DNA from: Carpediemonas membranifera BICM | Lineage: Eukaryota; Protista; Fornicata | Length of the DNA: 64,000 bases | Assembly: GCA_019828565.1 (NCBI GenBank) | Contig: JAHDYR010000062.1 | Coordinates: forward strand, 483,666 to 547,665 | Reading direction: 5' to 3' | Part shown: one piece after another, positions 46,860-58,430 of the stretch | Position numbering within the stretch: the first letter of the stretch is position 1 | Layout of the letters: the number at the start of each line of letters is the position of its first letter | Made by a program: the position numbers and the translations under genes | The notes under the pieces: generated by a model | Databases searched by the model: none | Told to the model about the DNA's origin: nothing | Seen by the model: the letters and a program-made list of their open reading frames with translations, nothing else

Positions 46860-46968
46860 AGTGCGGCCCTCGATTCCAGCCCGTTCCGCTGCCCACTGGC
46901 TTTGTTCACATCGACATTGAGTTCAGCGCTGTGATCCTCTCCATGGGCTATCGGCAGATGATCAGCGC
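46860..46968 (+). pseudogene. Small fragment of an RCC1-like family paralogue
   Basis: Similar to 50417-50519 (GTGATCCTCTCCATGGGCTATCGGCAGATGATC vs GTCATCCTCACCATGGGCGATCGGCGGATGATC). Confidence 0.55.
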
Positions 46969-47149
46969 CTTCAACAAACACGGTCGGGTGGGTCTTGGTA
47001 ATTACCCATCGGGTCGACCGCATCCTTCTCCTCCAGCATGCGAAGAACACAACGCCGCTCTTGACTTGACCTTTGGATAACCCTGTTTTATTCCCTCACC
47101 TTGTTAACCACCCGAGCAACGGGCTAACTGACCACATCTGAACACGTAA

Positions 47150-47219
47150 CGAAGCACGTACGCCGACACGTCAGACACTGACTCAGGTCCACAGCCTGAA
47201 CGACATCACTGTGTCACCG
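47150..47219 (+). repeat. 70-bp dispersed repeat, also at 49078-49147 and inverted at ~43032-43101
   Basis: CGAAGCACGTACGCCGACACGTCAGACACTGACTCA...GTGTCACCG, about 4 mismatches between the direct copies. Confidence 0.85.
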
Positions 47220-47263
47220 AGGGGGAGGAGATTAGACGTATAAATTTGACGATATCTTTTACA

Positions 47264-48931
47264 TCACTCATCTCGGCAACGCTTGTCAGAGGAACTCGGC
47301 GGTCCACACAGGGTATTAAAAAAATGTTCCCGCTTGTCTTTGGACTTGCCAAGGTCGGTAACAAGTGTGTTCAACTCATGGATCACGATCCCATGGTGGT
47401 CTAATGAATCTTTCAGCTGCTTGAACTGGCCGAATAGAGAGCAAATCAAGAAAGTATGACAGGGGTTTTCCGCCATTATGTCCGAGATCAACGATTCCTT
47501 CATCTCATCGAGCTGCTCGACCCATGCAAAGTCCCAGTCAAACACGAGGAACATTGGCTTGGAAGTGTCCGCCAAGTCCTTCCTCACGGCGATGTTGGGA
47601 ACCCGCGCGTCACGGTGAAGGAAGCAGTATTTCTTCTTATCAAAATCGAACACCTTGAACAGATGGCTTCGCATGCACTCCATGAACTCTCGCACTCTCT
47701 TGGGCTGCTTCAAAAGCTCTTTCAGCCTGAGCGCGGCAGCGGGGCCGATCAGGTATTCCTTAGACAAGTTGGGTTGCTTGAGACAAACGTGATTGCCATA
47801 GGGATCGGAGCCCGGTGGACGAAATGCTGATAACCTGCCATCCCTACGTACGACGAAGAACAGCTCATACGAGAACTTGCCCACGAAACCGGCCACCGCG
47901 GTCAGAGCTGCAACACCGAGGCGTTGGTTACGAGCAAGGTGGGGCATGGCGCCGGGGCAAAAATGTGCGCGATCGATTTTCCAGACTGACTCGTTGGCGA
48001 TGTAGATGAATGAGTTGGACGTCATAACGAACTCCTCGGTGGGGTTCTCGGCGGGGTTCTCGGCGTGGACGAAACTGTGCAGGATCTCTGGGAAAAAGCG
48101 AGTCCAAGGTGTGGAAGGCGTATTGGCGCTCAATTCCGTAGCCAAAGCTTTCGCGTTGCAAACGACCGCAGGGAATAGCTCATCCAGCATGGCGGTCGAA
48201 TCTGAGACATCTCGACGGATTCTATGAACGTTATCTCGAATCTCGCTGCTTGGGATGGCGAAGACACCGAGGTCGGTCACGGCTTCCATGTCGAACGTGA
48301 TTGCATAGTCGGGGTGGCAAACGCAAACAGTTGAATTGCTGAGCAATGCGGGCGGGAACTTGCTGTCAGCTGCCTTCTCGGGGAATTGTGAATGGACAGC
48401 GCGGAGGGTGCACTCTGTCAGGTGTGCCGTATAGAGCGCCGCCTGGAAGCAAGCATTTCTATCGGGATTTGTATTGGAAGACTTTGACACCTTAAGCTCG
48501 CATAGATGAACAAAGTATCCAAACCTGAGCTTTGGCAGCTCGACAGCAACCACGACGTCTGCCTTGGAGTTGGCTGTGGCGAACAAAGTTCCAACCTTCA
48601 GGACCTTGCCGATTGTGTCGAAGCTGTTGCTACAGAACATCGAATCTGACCGCTCAGTCAGAACAGGCATGCCTGACCGAATGAAGTTCTGCATCTCCTT
48701 CTGGCCGAGGACAAACACCTTCGCCTTAACATCATCCCCATCGTGCCGAAACTTGTCTTTCACTGCCTCTTGCAAATGCTTGGAAAACTGCGTCTCCTGG
48801 GCGAAACTACAAGAGTCCTTGTCTTGTGAGCTGAACATGACCTTAGTAACAGATCCTTGTGAGTCCCAAATGATCCCCGGACCTGCCGCACCCGAAGGTT
48901 GCTGCGTGGAGACCCCGCTGCTTCTTTCCAT
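47264..48931 (-). CDS. Crinkler/RHS-like protein with PD-(D/E)XK nuclease-like and kinase-like domains
   Basis: ADVVV...LCELK...FQAALY (restriction-endonuclease-like) followed by FLHRDARVPNI...LVFDWDFA (kinase catalytic loop and DFG variant). Intact ORF of about 555 codons. Confidence 0.65.
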   Translation of the reverse strand: MERSSGVSTQQPSGAAGPGIIWDSQGSVTKVMFSSQDKDSCSFAQETQFSKHLQEAVKDKFRHDGDDVKAKVFVLGQKEMQNFIRSGMPVLTERSDSMFCSNSFDTIGKVLKVGTLFATANSKADVVVAVELPKLRFGYFVHLCELKVSKSSNTNPDRNACFQAALYTAHLTECTLRAVHSQFPEKAADSKFPPALLSNSTVCVCHPDYAITFDMEAVTDLGVFAIPSSEIRDNVHRIRRDVSDSTAMLDELFPAVVCNAKALATELSANTPSTPWTRFFPEILHSFVHAENPAENPTEEFVMTSNSFIYIANESVWKIDRAHFCPGAMPHLARNQRLGVAALTAVAGFVGKFSYELFFVVRRDGRLSAFRPPGSDPYGNHVCLKQPNLSKEYLIGPAAALRLKELLKQPKRVREFMECMRSHLFKVFDFDKKKYCFLHRDARVPNIAVRKDLADTSKPMFLVFDWDFAWVEQLDEMKESLISDIMAENPCHTFLICSLFGQFKQLKDSLDHHGIVIHELNTLVTDLGKSKDKREHFFNTLCGPPSSSDKRCRDE

Positions 48932-49294
48932 GTTCTTGTGTGTGGTGTGGAGTTGTGCCCAAAATGATGGATGGAAAAAAAGTGACTCGCGCAAGTCGAC
49001 AGCGAAATAAACAACTGTTTGGAACTTGTTGGGTGCCTAGAGACATCCACCACAATCTCGGCCGAATCTGAATCGATCGAAGCACGTACGCCGACACGTC
49101 AGACACTGACTCAAGTCCACAGCCAGAGCGACACCACTGTGTCACCGGAGACGATACATCAACCACTGACTCGGGTCCACGGTCTGGGGCGACCGCGGTG
49201 TCAGCGGGAGGGGGGATATTAGTAGGAGCGGTCACCCGCGCCTGCTGAGGCGTTGACACAGAGGTCCAAGTCAGTCGAGTCATTCTCGAAGACG

Positions 49295-51037
49295 ATGGCT
49301 GTTCAGGACGCCTTTCAGCGGCTGGACGCCTGCATTAACAATGTCGATACTGAGATTGCTAAGCTGAACGGCATGGTGCTTACCGACGAGGAGATAGATG
49401 CCCGCCTCGCATGGATGGACGCTTCTCGCGCTCGCCTCGCCGCCATGCGCTCTTTAGCGCCCAAGAGCCACAGAGACGTCCAGCTTGGTGCAATGATTAG
49501 CTTGAATTCCCTTGTCTCGAGCGACTACGATGATTTGCCTGGTGACATTCCCACTCTCATGCGAGAGGCCTTCACCCGCGAGTTCGGCGAGGAGTTCCCG
49601 GACAAAGACAGCGATGCCAGGCAGGCCACTTCCGAGGAGACCGTTAGAACGCTCTTGGCCCTCGACCTCCACCATCGCCATCAGCTTTGTCAACAGGATA
49701 GTCACGTTTCTCTCGCACGGCCCCCCGCTGTCCATGAACGTCGAACTCGCACCGGGACAGGAGCTCCCGGTCGCCCTGCACACGCTCAACCAGGGCGCGG
49801 TGTGGGCGTGTCTGCTGGGTGGCGGGGCCAACCCTGACCTCAAGCACAGGCTTAACAGAGAGATCGACAGAGAGATCTTCACCGCCGAGGCCAAGTGCCT
49901 CTGGTTCCTCTGCCGCAAGTTCTTCTTCTCATGGAAAATCAATCAGAATGCTATTATCACCGCATGTACATGGGCCGACTCTTCATGCTCGACATCATCG
50001 ACTATGCAGGACATGGCCCTGAAATTATCACTGGCAATATCTTTATCAGCGATGACGAGAGCGAGTCCATTTTCGCCTTCACCAGGGCCAGGATTCCCAG
50101 AGCCCTCGAGGTCTACAGCAGCAATATTACCCACATCGCCAGGACGCCCAAGGGGCTGGGGGATAATAACTATTGTCAGCTGGGGTTCGGGTCATCTTCT
50201 TCCCTTTTCGAGTTCCTCGACCCGACCCGCCTCACCTTCCCCGCATGCCTGGTCGCCGAGCTCGAGACCAGCCTGCCCCCCTGGGAGAAGCACAGGATGG
50301 CGACAGATGTGTCACTGGAACACAGACGGGCATTTATACTCACCCCAGACGGCACTGTCATGGCGGGCTGGAATGCGACTTGGTATGTCGGCCCAGTCGA
50401 GATAGACGATTACCGCTTCCACCCAGTCGCCGTGCCCGCTGGCTTTGTCCCAGATCACATCATGCATACAGACAACGACACTGTCATCCTCACCATGGGC
50501 GATCGGCGGATGATCGGCGGGAACAATGCTCATGGCGAGCTGGGACTCGGGCACAAGAATCGGATGACTGGCTTCGTCGACCTGCCCTTCAGGGTCGACC
50601 GGATCATGGCCCCTTATCGTGACTGCAACCTCTTCCTCAGTGGCCGCCAGCTGCTCTTCGCTGGTCGTGTTCGCATTGATTTCGCCAAGGGCCTGCTTCC
50701 GAGAAATCACGAGGGCGACGAAATCCTCACACCCACCCCGCTCCGGTTCCCAGAGAGGGTCAAGGGGTTCTTCGCATCCGACGTTGAAGCTGACACCTTG
50801 GAGCTGATCTGGGTCACCGAGGGCCGAAGCCATCTTTTTAAGGTTCGAAATGAACCGATCATCATCCCTTTCGAGGCAACCGCAGTCAGCGGCAACTCCA
50901 TCCGCGACCCGTCCGGTCAGTGGTTCTGGGTGTGGCATCAATCGGGTGGCGTGGCTGTGATGAAAGAGTGTGATGACTGTTCAGATGTGCAAGAAATAGC
51001 ACTTATCGACGTCGACCCTTGGACCCGGATGTTGTAA
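49295..51037 (+). pseudogene. RCC1/BLIP-II-like repeat family protein, two frameshifts in the 5' half
   Basis: GDNNYCQLGFG, GNNAHGELGLG, FILTPDGTVMAGWN. The frame breaks are shared with the duplicate at 42002-43160. Confidence 0.65.
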
Positions 51038-51400
51038 TATCCACATGAAAAAAAAGCTTTCGCCTTCAGACACTGCCGCGACTGATGCGCGAGCCTTCGT
51101 CGGTTCAGAGGTTCAGAGTGTGGCGTCGCGCCCTGTACCAGCCATACCACGTCAGCTCGACCGCCATAAACTCTCCCCAAAGTTCAGACAGACACGGCAA
51201 CTTGGATCTTTACAAAGTTAGAAATAGAGGTCACGCTTTCCGTTCTTGATAGCGTCGAGCTTGCGCTTGAAGGCCTTCTTCCTCGGCTCTAAATAAAAGA
51301 TCGTCACCTTCAGACACACTGGCTTCATTTTATACTACTGGCTATTTCTCCCCTGTGTGGGTCGACCCTTTAAACTGCTTGCATCCACTAAGCCAGCAAT

Positions 51401-53071
51401 TTACAACGTGTTCATCCCGCGGACGTCCATGCCCTGCGTGTCCATGCCCGCCGCCTGCTCCTGGGCTGCCCGCTGTCCCCGACCGGCAGAGGGGGTGGTC
51501 CCGGAGATGACGTCGTCGATACGAAGGAGGTGGGTGGCGTTCTCCACGGCCGTCTTGACGCACTGGAGTCGGACGGACATGGGGTCCCAGATGTTGGCCG
51601 CAGCCATGTCCTGCAGCTTGCCAGTGTAGCCGTCCACACCCCAGGTCTCCATGCCGGGCTTGTTGTGCATCGAGCGGAGCTCAGTCACGACGCGGATGAC
51701 CTCAGCGCCGCAGTTTTGGGCGAGCGTGCGTGGGATGACCTCGAACGACGAAGCCAGGGCCGCATACGCCTTCTGCTCGAGCCCAGTGATCTTTTCGGAG
51801 CACTTGGCGAGGTGGGTGGCGAGGGCCATCTCGTACGCGCCGCCGCCGGGCAGCAGACGGGGGTCGATGATGATGTTACGGGCAACGTTCATGGCGTCGG
51901 CAAGGTTGCGCTCAATCTCATTCAGGACGTCCTTACTGGCGCCGCGGAGCAGGATGGAGCAGGCCATGGGCTGGACTGGGACGTCCTCGTCCTGCGTGAT
52001 GAACGTGAAGTACTCATCGCCGATCTCCTTGATTTCAAACGTGCTGGCTGTGCCAACGTCCGACGCCTTGATGTCCTCCATGCGGTGGACAACAGTGGCG
52101 CCCGTCACGCGGGCCACACGGTGCAGGTCGGTCTTCCGGAGCCGGCGGATGCATGAAACGCCGTGACGAGCAAAGATCTCCTGAGCCTCGTCGTCCAGCC
52201 CCTTCTCGGTGATGACCGCGGAGGGGTTGACGTCGAGGATGGCCGAGCACTGCTTCTGGACCCACTCCCGCTCGAGCTTGAGGAACTTGGCGTAGTCCTC
52301 GCCCTTGGAGACGTCGATCTCGAGGGTAGACTCAGCCTTCTTGTACTCAAACGAAGAGTCCAGAAGAACAACACGGGCGTCGCGCTTGAAGCGGTCCATG
52401 CCGGCGTGGACGACGTCCTTGTTGATCATAACGCCGTTCAGCACCTGGCAGTCTTCTACGGCACCGCCAGGGATCTTCTCGACCTTAGCATAGCGCTTGA
52501 TGTCGATCTCGGGAGTCGCCTGGCCCTCCTTGGTGACGGCAACGGTGCGGACAGCCTTCAGCGCGAGGTTGCAGACGAGGTCGCTCCAGGACTTGACAAA
52601 CTTGGTGCCGACAGTGCTCTTGATGACAGTGCGTATCTCATCGTCGTCGGTTGTGTCGATCGTCTTGGTAAGAGTCTTTGTGTGAGCAACGGCCTCCTCG
52701 AGAGCCTTGTAGTAGCCGCTGATCACGGTTGTGGGATGAAGATGGTCTACCTCGAGCAGGCGGCGTGAGACAGCAAGCGCCTCACCAGCCAGGATGATCA
52801 CAGCCGTCGTGCCATCGCCAGCGCTGTCGTCCTGAGATCTGGAGATCTCTAGCATGAGCTTGGCAGCAGGATGCGAGACATCGACCTCACGAAGAATAGC
52901 ATTACCATCGTTGGTCATGACAATACCGCCCATGGGGTCCAGGATCATCTTGAGAGCCGCAGAGGGCCCGAGAGTTGTCCTAATCACGTCAGCAACAGCC
53001 TTAGCGGCCTGAATGTTGCCATTGTTCTTTTGGCGCATCGCACTACTGTTCAAAACAATAACGTTCTCCAT
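51401..53071 (-). CDS. CCT3: T-complex protein 1 subunit gamma (CCT/TRiC chaperonin)
   Basis: NIQAAKAVADVIRTTLGP, MILDPMGGIVMTNDGNAILRE, GDGTT, DIKRYAKVEKIPGG, LRGASKDVLNEIERNL, LLRIDDVISG. Confidence 0.96.
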   Translation of the reverse strand: MENVIVLNSSAMRQKNNGNIQAAKAVADVIRTTLGPSAALKMILDPMGGIVMTNDGNAILREVDVSHPAAKLMLEISRSQDDSAGDGTTAVIILAGEALAVSRRLLEVDHLHPTTVISGYYKALEEAVAHTKTLTKTIDTTDDDEIRTVIKSTVGTKFVKSWSDLVCNLALKAVRTVAVTKEGQATPEIDIKRYAKVEKIPGGAVEDCQVLNGVMINKDVVHAGMDRFKRDARVVLLDSSFEYKKAESTLEIDVSKGEDYAKFLKLEREWVQKQCSAILDVNPSAVITEKGLDDEAQEIFARHGVSCIRRLRKTDLHRVARVTGATVVHRMEDIKASDVGTASTFEIKEIGDEYFTFITQDEDVPVQPMACSILLRGASKDVLNEIERNLADAMNVARNIIIDPRLLPGGGAYEMALATHLAKCSEKITGLEQKAYAALASSFEVIPRTLAQNCGAEVIRVVTELRSMHNKPGMETWGVDGYTGKLQDMAAANIWDPMSVRLQCVKTAVENATHLLRIDDVISGTTPSAGRGQRAAQEQAAGMDTQGMDVRGMNTL

Positions 53072-53656
53072 TACTGTGATCAATCGCCGGAATTGCCGAG
53101 AAGCTGGATCTTAGATAAAATGCACAGTACCCAGATTCGCCCTGGTCGTCCTGGCAGCAGTAGCAGTGGTCGTTCTAGGGCATAGGGATCTAATAGTGGC
53201 CCAGCTGATAGCTTTATGAGTCATATACACGGTTCCCCAGCAGCTTCAAGGGTTGGGCTGCTTGACTAGTGCTCAACGCAAGAGCGGGGATGGTGGGAAT
53301 ATGGCACCTCAGTTACTGGCGAGAAGCACAGATGTGAGCTGTTATTCTGTCCCGCTGTCATCCGTCGTTCGGATGACCAACGACTCCAGCAAAGAACAAC
53401 GGCCATGCTACCTGTCTCGCAGCCCACCCGTGTCATAGTACTGTTGCCCAACACTCGCCAGTCTCTGCTGAGAGAGTCTCACCCGCCCGTCCTCTCGTGC
53501 CGGACGACATCCCACCGGAGGCGGTGTGATTCAGAAAAATGAGGAAACAAGAGAGGCTGTGTACGCTGCTCAGCTGCATCAGACCGCGCTAGTGATGATT
53601 GGACTGTTGAGCGGCCCAGAGGTCACGGAGCAGTTTTACGGCAACAATTTCTGTCG

Positions 53657-54589
53657 ATGGCCGCAGCCTCCGAGGTATTGGCATATCCGCCTCTTATCGA
53701 CTTCGGAACGGTTCGAGCATCGAATTCATACGAAGCAAACATCTTTTTTGCTCGCGATGGGCAGCGGCTGGTGCGAGACTTCGACATTTTCACAGAGGAT
53801 CAGCAGGACAGCCTCTTCTTCAAACTAACACCTGCAAAGGAGTCTATATTGAAGCTTACACTCTTACTGCAGCCTCAAAACGAGGGATTGTTCAACACCT
53901 CGATTGTTCTCGAGAACGGAGCCGGACGGCAACCCATCCCCGTCCGCGCCCACGTCATCGGCCAACACGAGAACATACGGCGCAAACGCTCAGCATTTGA
54001 TCGCCTAGCGGTCTGCCATCGCGTGACGAACCAGGAGCTGCCGTCCTACGTCGACTTCTCCACAGCCAGGATCAGAGCCGATCCTCTGACCAAGCTAGGC
54101 GATGCTAGCGACGACGAGGGGTTCGAGGACTTCGATCCTGTCGGCCTTGCCCCCATTTTGACGACGGTGGACGATAACGTCCCTTCTCTGGCCTCAACGT
54201 TTGACGCTACCACGCAAAAGTGGCACGCCGAGAACGAGGAGGAGGAGTCCGACGAAGACTGGGACGACGAGTCCGAACCCCTTCCAGTCCCCTCTGGCGG
54301 GTTGAAACTACCCGACGACGAGGCCAACAAGAGTGAGGCGAGCGACTGGGACATGACCGACGACGACGAGGGCATGGGGGCCCCAGCCACTGCAGCTGAA
54401 GACCCAGCCCCCGATTACAAGGAGTTAGACACCATGGCAGCGTACGAATGGTCGCCACAGGACGAGAGGGCAGCGAGGGAAGCGATGCGGAGTCATCCCG
54501 AGGGTGTCGTGTCAGTCGACGAGGCGGAACTCAGGGCAGCGATCGTGGAGGACCAGCGCCAGGCTTCCGAGAGGTTACTGGCGGATTGA
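53657..54589 (+). CDS. Hypothetical protein, possible N-terminal Ig-like (ASH/PapD-type) domain and acidic C-terminal half
   Basis: 310-aa ORF; YPPLIDFGTV followed by a beta-strand pattern; acidic segments containing DDEGFEDF, DEDWDD and SDWD. Confidence 0.6.
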   Translation: MAAASEVLAYPPLIDFGTVRASNSYEANIFFARDGQRLVRDFDIFTEDQQDSLFFKLTPAKESILKLTLLLQPQNEGLFNTSIVLENGAGRQPIPVRAHVIGQHENIRRKRSAFDRLAVCHRVTNQELPSYVDFSTARIRADPLTKLGDASDDEGFEDFDPVGLAPILTTVDDNVPSLASTFDATTQKWHAENEEEESDEDWDDESEPLPVPSGGLKLPDDEANKSEASDWDMTDDDEGMGAPATAAEDPAPDYKELDTMAAYEWSPQDERAAREAMRSHPEGVVSVDEAELRAAIVEDQRQASERLLAD

Positions 54590-54818
54590 TGTACCATAGA
54601 AGCATAAAACTTGGGGTTTTTGAGGTTGTTGTCATGTCCATTGCTGGGCGGCAAAGACACTCTTCACAGTCTTGCCGCGTGATCTCCAAGCACTGAATGA
54701 GGCGGCTGCATCGCCAGCACCTTGCCCCAACCTGACACCATTGGGCTGATTCGCTCCAAAGTCGATTCAAGTCATCACCACGGCTTTGGCCTCCACTGAC
54801 GTTAGTAATACTCAAAGG

Positions 54819-56045
54819 ATGGTAGATTACGAACAGCATTGCAAGGAATGTTCATGCACTGCCTTTGAACCGCATCCTTTTAAGAAGGGTGGTTTCTGCC
54901 GCGCATGTTTCCATCGCCACCCCGAAATTGGCGGTACAAGCGCTCCTGCTGCAGCTCCGGCGAAGAAACCCGAACCTGCCCCCATGGTCCCCAAGACCAT
55001 GTCGTTCACGAAACCCACGCCTCTTGCTACCGCCCCCTCTCCTGCAGCTTCTGTGCCTTCTCCCGCCATGGCCGCCAAACCTGCCACTGCAAGCAAAGAG
55101 ATCGAACCTGCCGAGCAGTCTCTGAAGAACCGCATCGCGATGTTTGCGGACAAGCCCCTCATGAATAGCTCGAACACTCGCATGTCGGTCCGCCCCCCGG
55201 GCCATTCAGCCTCCCCCTCCCCTGTAGGACGCATGTCAACCACTCTGCCCAAGACTAAGCCAGCCTCTGATCTGCACGAGAGCCATACCGACTCATCGAT
55301 TGAGTCTTCGCCCAGCACTGCCGACGGAGCCAGCGCGGCCATCAGAAAGTCGTTCGGAGCTCGCATCGTGGACCCGGTCACCCGGAAGTCCAGCCGTCTC
55401 GAGCCTGTCAACCCGCCTGTTATTGACTATAAGGACCTTGACCGCCGCGCCCTGCCTGCCTCTAGAATGCCGGAACCCGCCCCTCAAAGTGCCGGAGAAC
55501 CCGACACAACCGAGATGCCGGAGTCTGTGACAACTGCACTGAAGAGTCGTCCCCGTGTGGCGAACAAGCGCCGTCCGCCATCCTCTGTCACCGTCGATGA
55601 CCAGCCCCCCGCCGCCGCCCCCCCTAGTGCACCCACTCCGGCTCCGGCTCCGGCCAAGGCGTCCAGGTCCAGGACGATGGGTGTCCTTCCCCAGCCTCGT
55701 AGAGAGGAGAAGACCACCAAGCCCGCGAAGGCTGCCTCACCCTCGCTGGGTCGAGCAGTCCAGGAGACGCGCCACGAGGAGAAGCCCGCCCCCGCCCCCG
55801 CTCCAGCAGTCGCACCAGCCCCAGTTGTAGGCACCCCCGCTGCCCCGGCCCGATCTACAGCGCCTGCCGCCCCGACGGAGGCCAAGGAGCTCGCCAACCT
55901 CAGGATTAGGGTGGCCGAGCTGACGCTGCAGTGTAAGCAGCAGGCGATGCTGCTCCAGCGCGTGCTGATGGAAGAAGAGGCGGACGGCGTGCTCAGTAAG
56001 ACGGTACGTGAGATCAAGGCGATCTTGGAAGATTCGGCACTGTAG
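54819..56045 (+). CDS. Pro/Ala-rich protein with N-terminal Cys/His finger, capping-protein-interaction (CPI)-like motif and C-terminal coiled coil
   Basis: CSCTAFEPHPFKKGGFCRACFHRH; LKSRPRVANKRRPPS; heptad tail LANLRIRVAELTLQ. Confidence 0.7.
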   Translation: MVDYEQHCKECSCTAFEPHPFKKGGFCRACFHRHPEIGGTSAPAAAPAKKPEPAPMVPKTMSFTKPTPLATAPSPAASVPSPAMAAKPATASKEIEPAEQSLKNRIAMFADKPLMNSSNTRMSVRPPGHSASPSPVGRMSTTLPKTKPASDLHESHTDSSIESSPSTADGASAAIRKSFGARIVDPVTRKSSRLEPVNPPVIDYKDLDRRALPASRMPEPAPQSAGEPDTTEMPESVTTALKSRPRVANKRRPPSSVTVDDQPPAAAPPSAPTPAPAPAKASRSRTMGVLPQPRREEKTTKPAKAASPSLGRAVQETRHEEKPAPAPAPAVAPAPVVGTPAAPARSTAPAAPTEAKELANLRIRVAELTLQCKQQAMLLQRVLMEEEADGVLSKTVREIKAILEDSAL

Positions 56046-56122
56046 GAATCTGATGTTGATGTAAACTAGATTAGACAGTTACATACCCCCACCATAAACC
56101 ATATAACACTAATTTACCACCC

Positions 56123-58248
56123 TTACTCGCGGGCTCCTTCGTCCTGGAAGTCCTCAAACCTGACCATATCGTCCTCCTCGGTAAGAGCCTTGCCCTCCAT
56201 CTCCACGAAGAAGGAAGTGTCCTCATATGGTGGCTCGAGCTCAGACGGCATCACCTGGCCGCTGGGGAGGGAGGGGGCGACCGGGGAGTCCATGGGAACG
56301 CCGAGGGGCGAGTCAGAGAGCTTGACGTCCGTCTTGAGGGTGAACGAGGTGTAGTCGGCGTACTCGTTCATCTGGCGCGTCCTCACTTCGTTGGCGACCT
56401 GCTTAGCTTCGTTGGAGAGCTCAAGGGCCGAGGCCTTCCGGTCGACGACGTCGGCGACAAACGTGTCCCATTTGGCGAGGTCGAGGCCGACCTGAGCAAC
56501 AGTAGAGGTCATAGCAGTGGAGTGCAGCGCCTTGTTGAACGCCACAGCGATAGAAACGAGCTGGACGTGCGTGGGAGGGTTGTCCCAGTAGGCGAACAGG
56601 TCAGGGACGCCCTTGAAGCAGTTCTCGATCCTGGGGAGCAGTGAGCACCCGAGGACGGGGTAGAGAGAGCCGGGAACCTCACGGCCACCTGGCACGGAGA
56701 CAAGCTCGGAGCCAGAGTTCAAAACAGACAACAGGATAGTCTCAGAAGCCACGCCGAATGTAGTGTTGTCGGGATAGTACAGGATTGCGTCAATGACCTT
56801 CGATACGAACCCGGCCTCGATCAGCAGCTTGACAAATATTGCCCTGGCCTCCCGAGGCAGGGTGGGGCGGTCCTTGTCGCGTGCTAGGTCAGCCGGGAGG
56901 TTGGGCCTGAGCCCCACGAAGGTAGGCTCGCCGTCGTCCGCGCGTCTGGAGGCTTCGGCCTGGGTGTTGTTGGACAGCAGGGCTGCGATAAACTGCACCA
57001 GAGTGAGTCGACGGAGGCCGACCTTATCGGAGTCCTGGGATATCTTGAGTGCCTCAGCCATGGCCGGCAGGGCGTCTACCAGGGCCAGGTGGATGGGGAC
57101 GCTGTGACTGAGCTTCGCCGGGAGCCCGAGCACCGTCGTGTCGGGGGCATGGATCTCTACGGTGCCCGTGCCGCTGTCGGAGTCTTCCTCCTCTGTCGAC
57201 TCGTCCTCCAGGCCCTCGGGGAAGTAGGACGGCTGGTGAGTTGGCTTGGAATCAGGTACATGACGCATGATTGCGGCTGAGATGAGGGTGGAGAGGTCGC
57301 GGACAAGAGAGACAGGTGTCGCCGGGTCGACGAACTTCTTAATCAAGGCGGGGATGTGTCTGTCGAGGGAAGCTGCGAAGATTAGGGCGGCGGGGTGGGG
57401 CCTGTTACGGACAATGGGGTCGCGGAGACACAGCACGCGGTAAAAGAAGCCGAGGATGTTGGTGTACGTGTCTGAAGGCTGCTGCATGTCGCACAGGACG
57501 TCGTCCGGGCTGTCCGAGGTTGCTTCAAGGACCATGTCGACCCAGATTTGCATGGGGCCGGCGCTGAGGAGATGCAGTGCTCTCGGGAGGTTGGCGGCCG
57601 AGGCGGTCTCCTCCGTGGTGAGCAGGCAGAAGAACTCGTCGACAGCAGAGTACTTGATGTGCCTTGCAAGGCTCTTGAGGACCTCGGGGTTCTCGTCAAG
57701 GAACTCCAGCACCTCGGCCATGCCGTCACGCAGGCCCTCGGCTGCCTGGACAGTGCGTTGGACGCGGCGCATGCGGGAGAGCTCCTGGTCTTCGGGAACC
57801 TCCTGCTCAAGGATCTCGAGGAAGCCCTTGAAGAACGCGGCGAGCCACTGGTGCGGCGGGGCCGTGAGGGCATGCGTGATAGGGCCGAGCTCCATGCGGA
57901 TGAGCTCAGAGGCAACATCGCCAAGGTTGCGGACACGGATGGCGCTGCTTTCCTTCGGGGGCTCGGTGTGGAGGAGGTGATGGAGGAGCGCTGTCGTGTT
58001 CGCTGGATCCATGAGCCTGTGTGAGGGAATCGAGGTGTACAAACATCTCAGCAAGCTTTCTATTGTGTGCATCATTGTTTGTATAGTCACCAATGCTCTT
58101 GCAAGTGCCGAGGAAGTCATCTTCGTTCTGTGTGAGGAAACGAGGCGTTACTGACCATGAGTTCGTCCAAAGTTATGTCATCTCGGTCCAGAAGAGTGTT
58201 AAGATTGGACACAGGAAGGGCGTAGCTGTATTCGGACCAGAAGCTCAT
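56123..58248 (-). CDS. SAPS / PP6 regulatory subunit (SIT4-associated protein) with two 28-nt introns (58128-58155, 58017-58044)
   Basis: Spliced N-terminus MSFW...LLDRDDITLDELM|NEDDFLGTCK...NRKLAEM|LMDP; LARHIKYSAVDEFF, VGLRRLTLVQFIAALL, YPDNT. Confidence 0.85.
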
Positions 58249-58430
58249 CCTGTTCTTTGACGTGGCGGGTTTTGCACCTGTCAGAATGAGGCCCATGTGG
58301 GCTGAAACCCGCCCAGTATCCAGCCGGCTGTCTGAACCACTGCATTATTTCTACTTCAGGGGCCCGATTATTGAGTAGCGGGCTGTGCAGTTTAGAGTCC
58401 GGCACGTGCCGCTGACTCGACAAATAGAAG

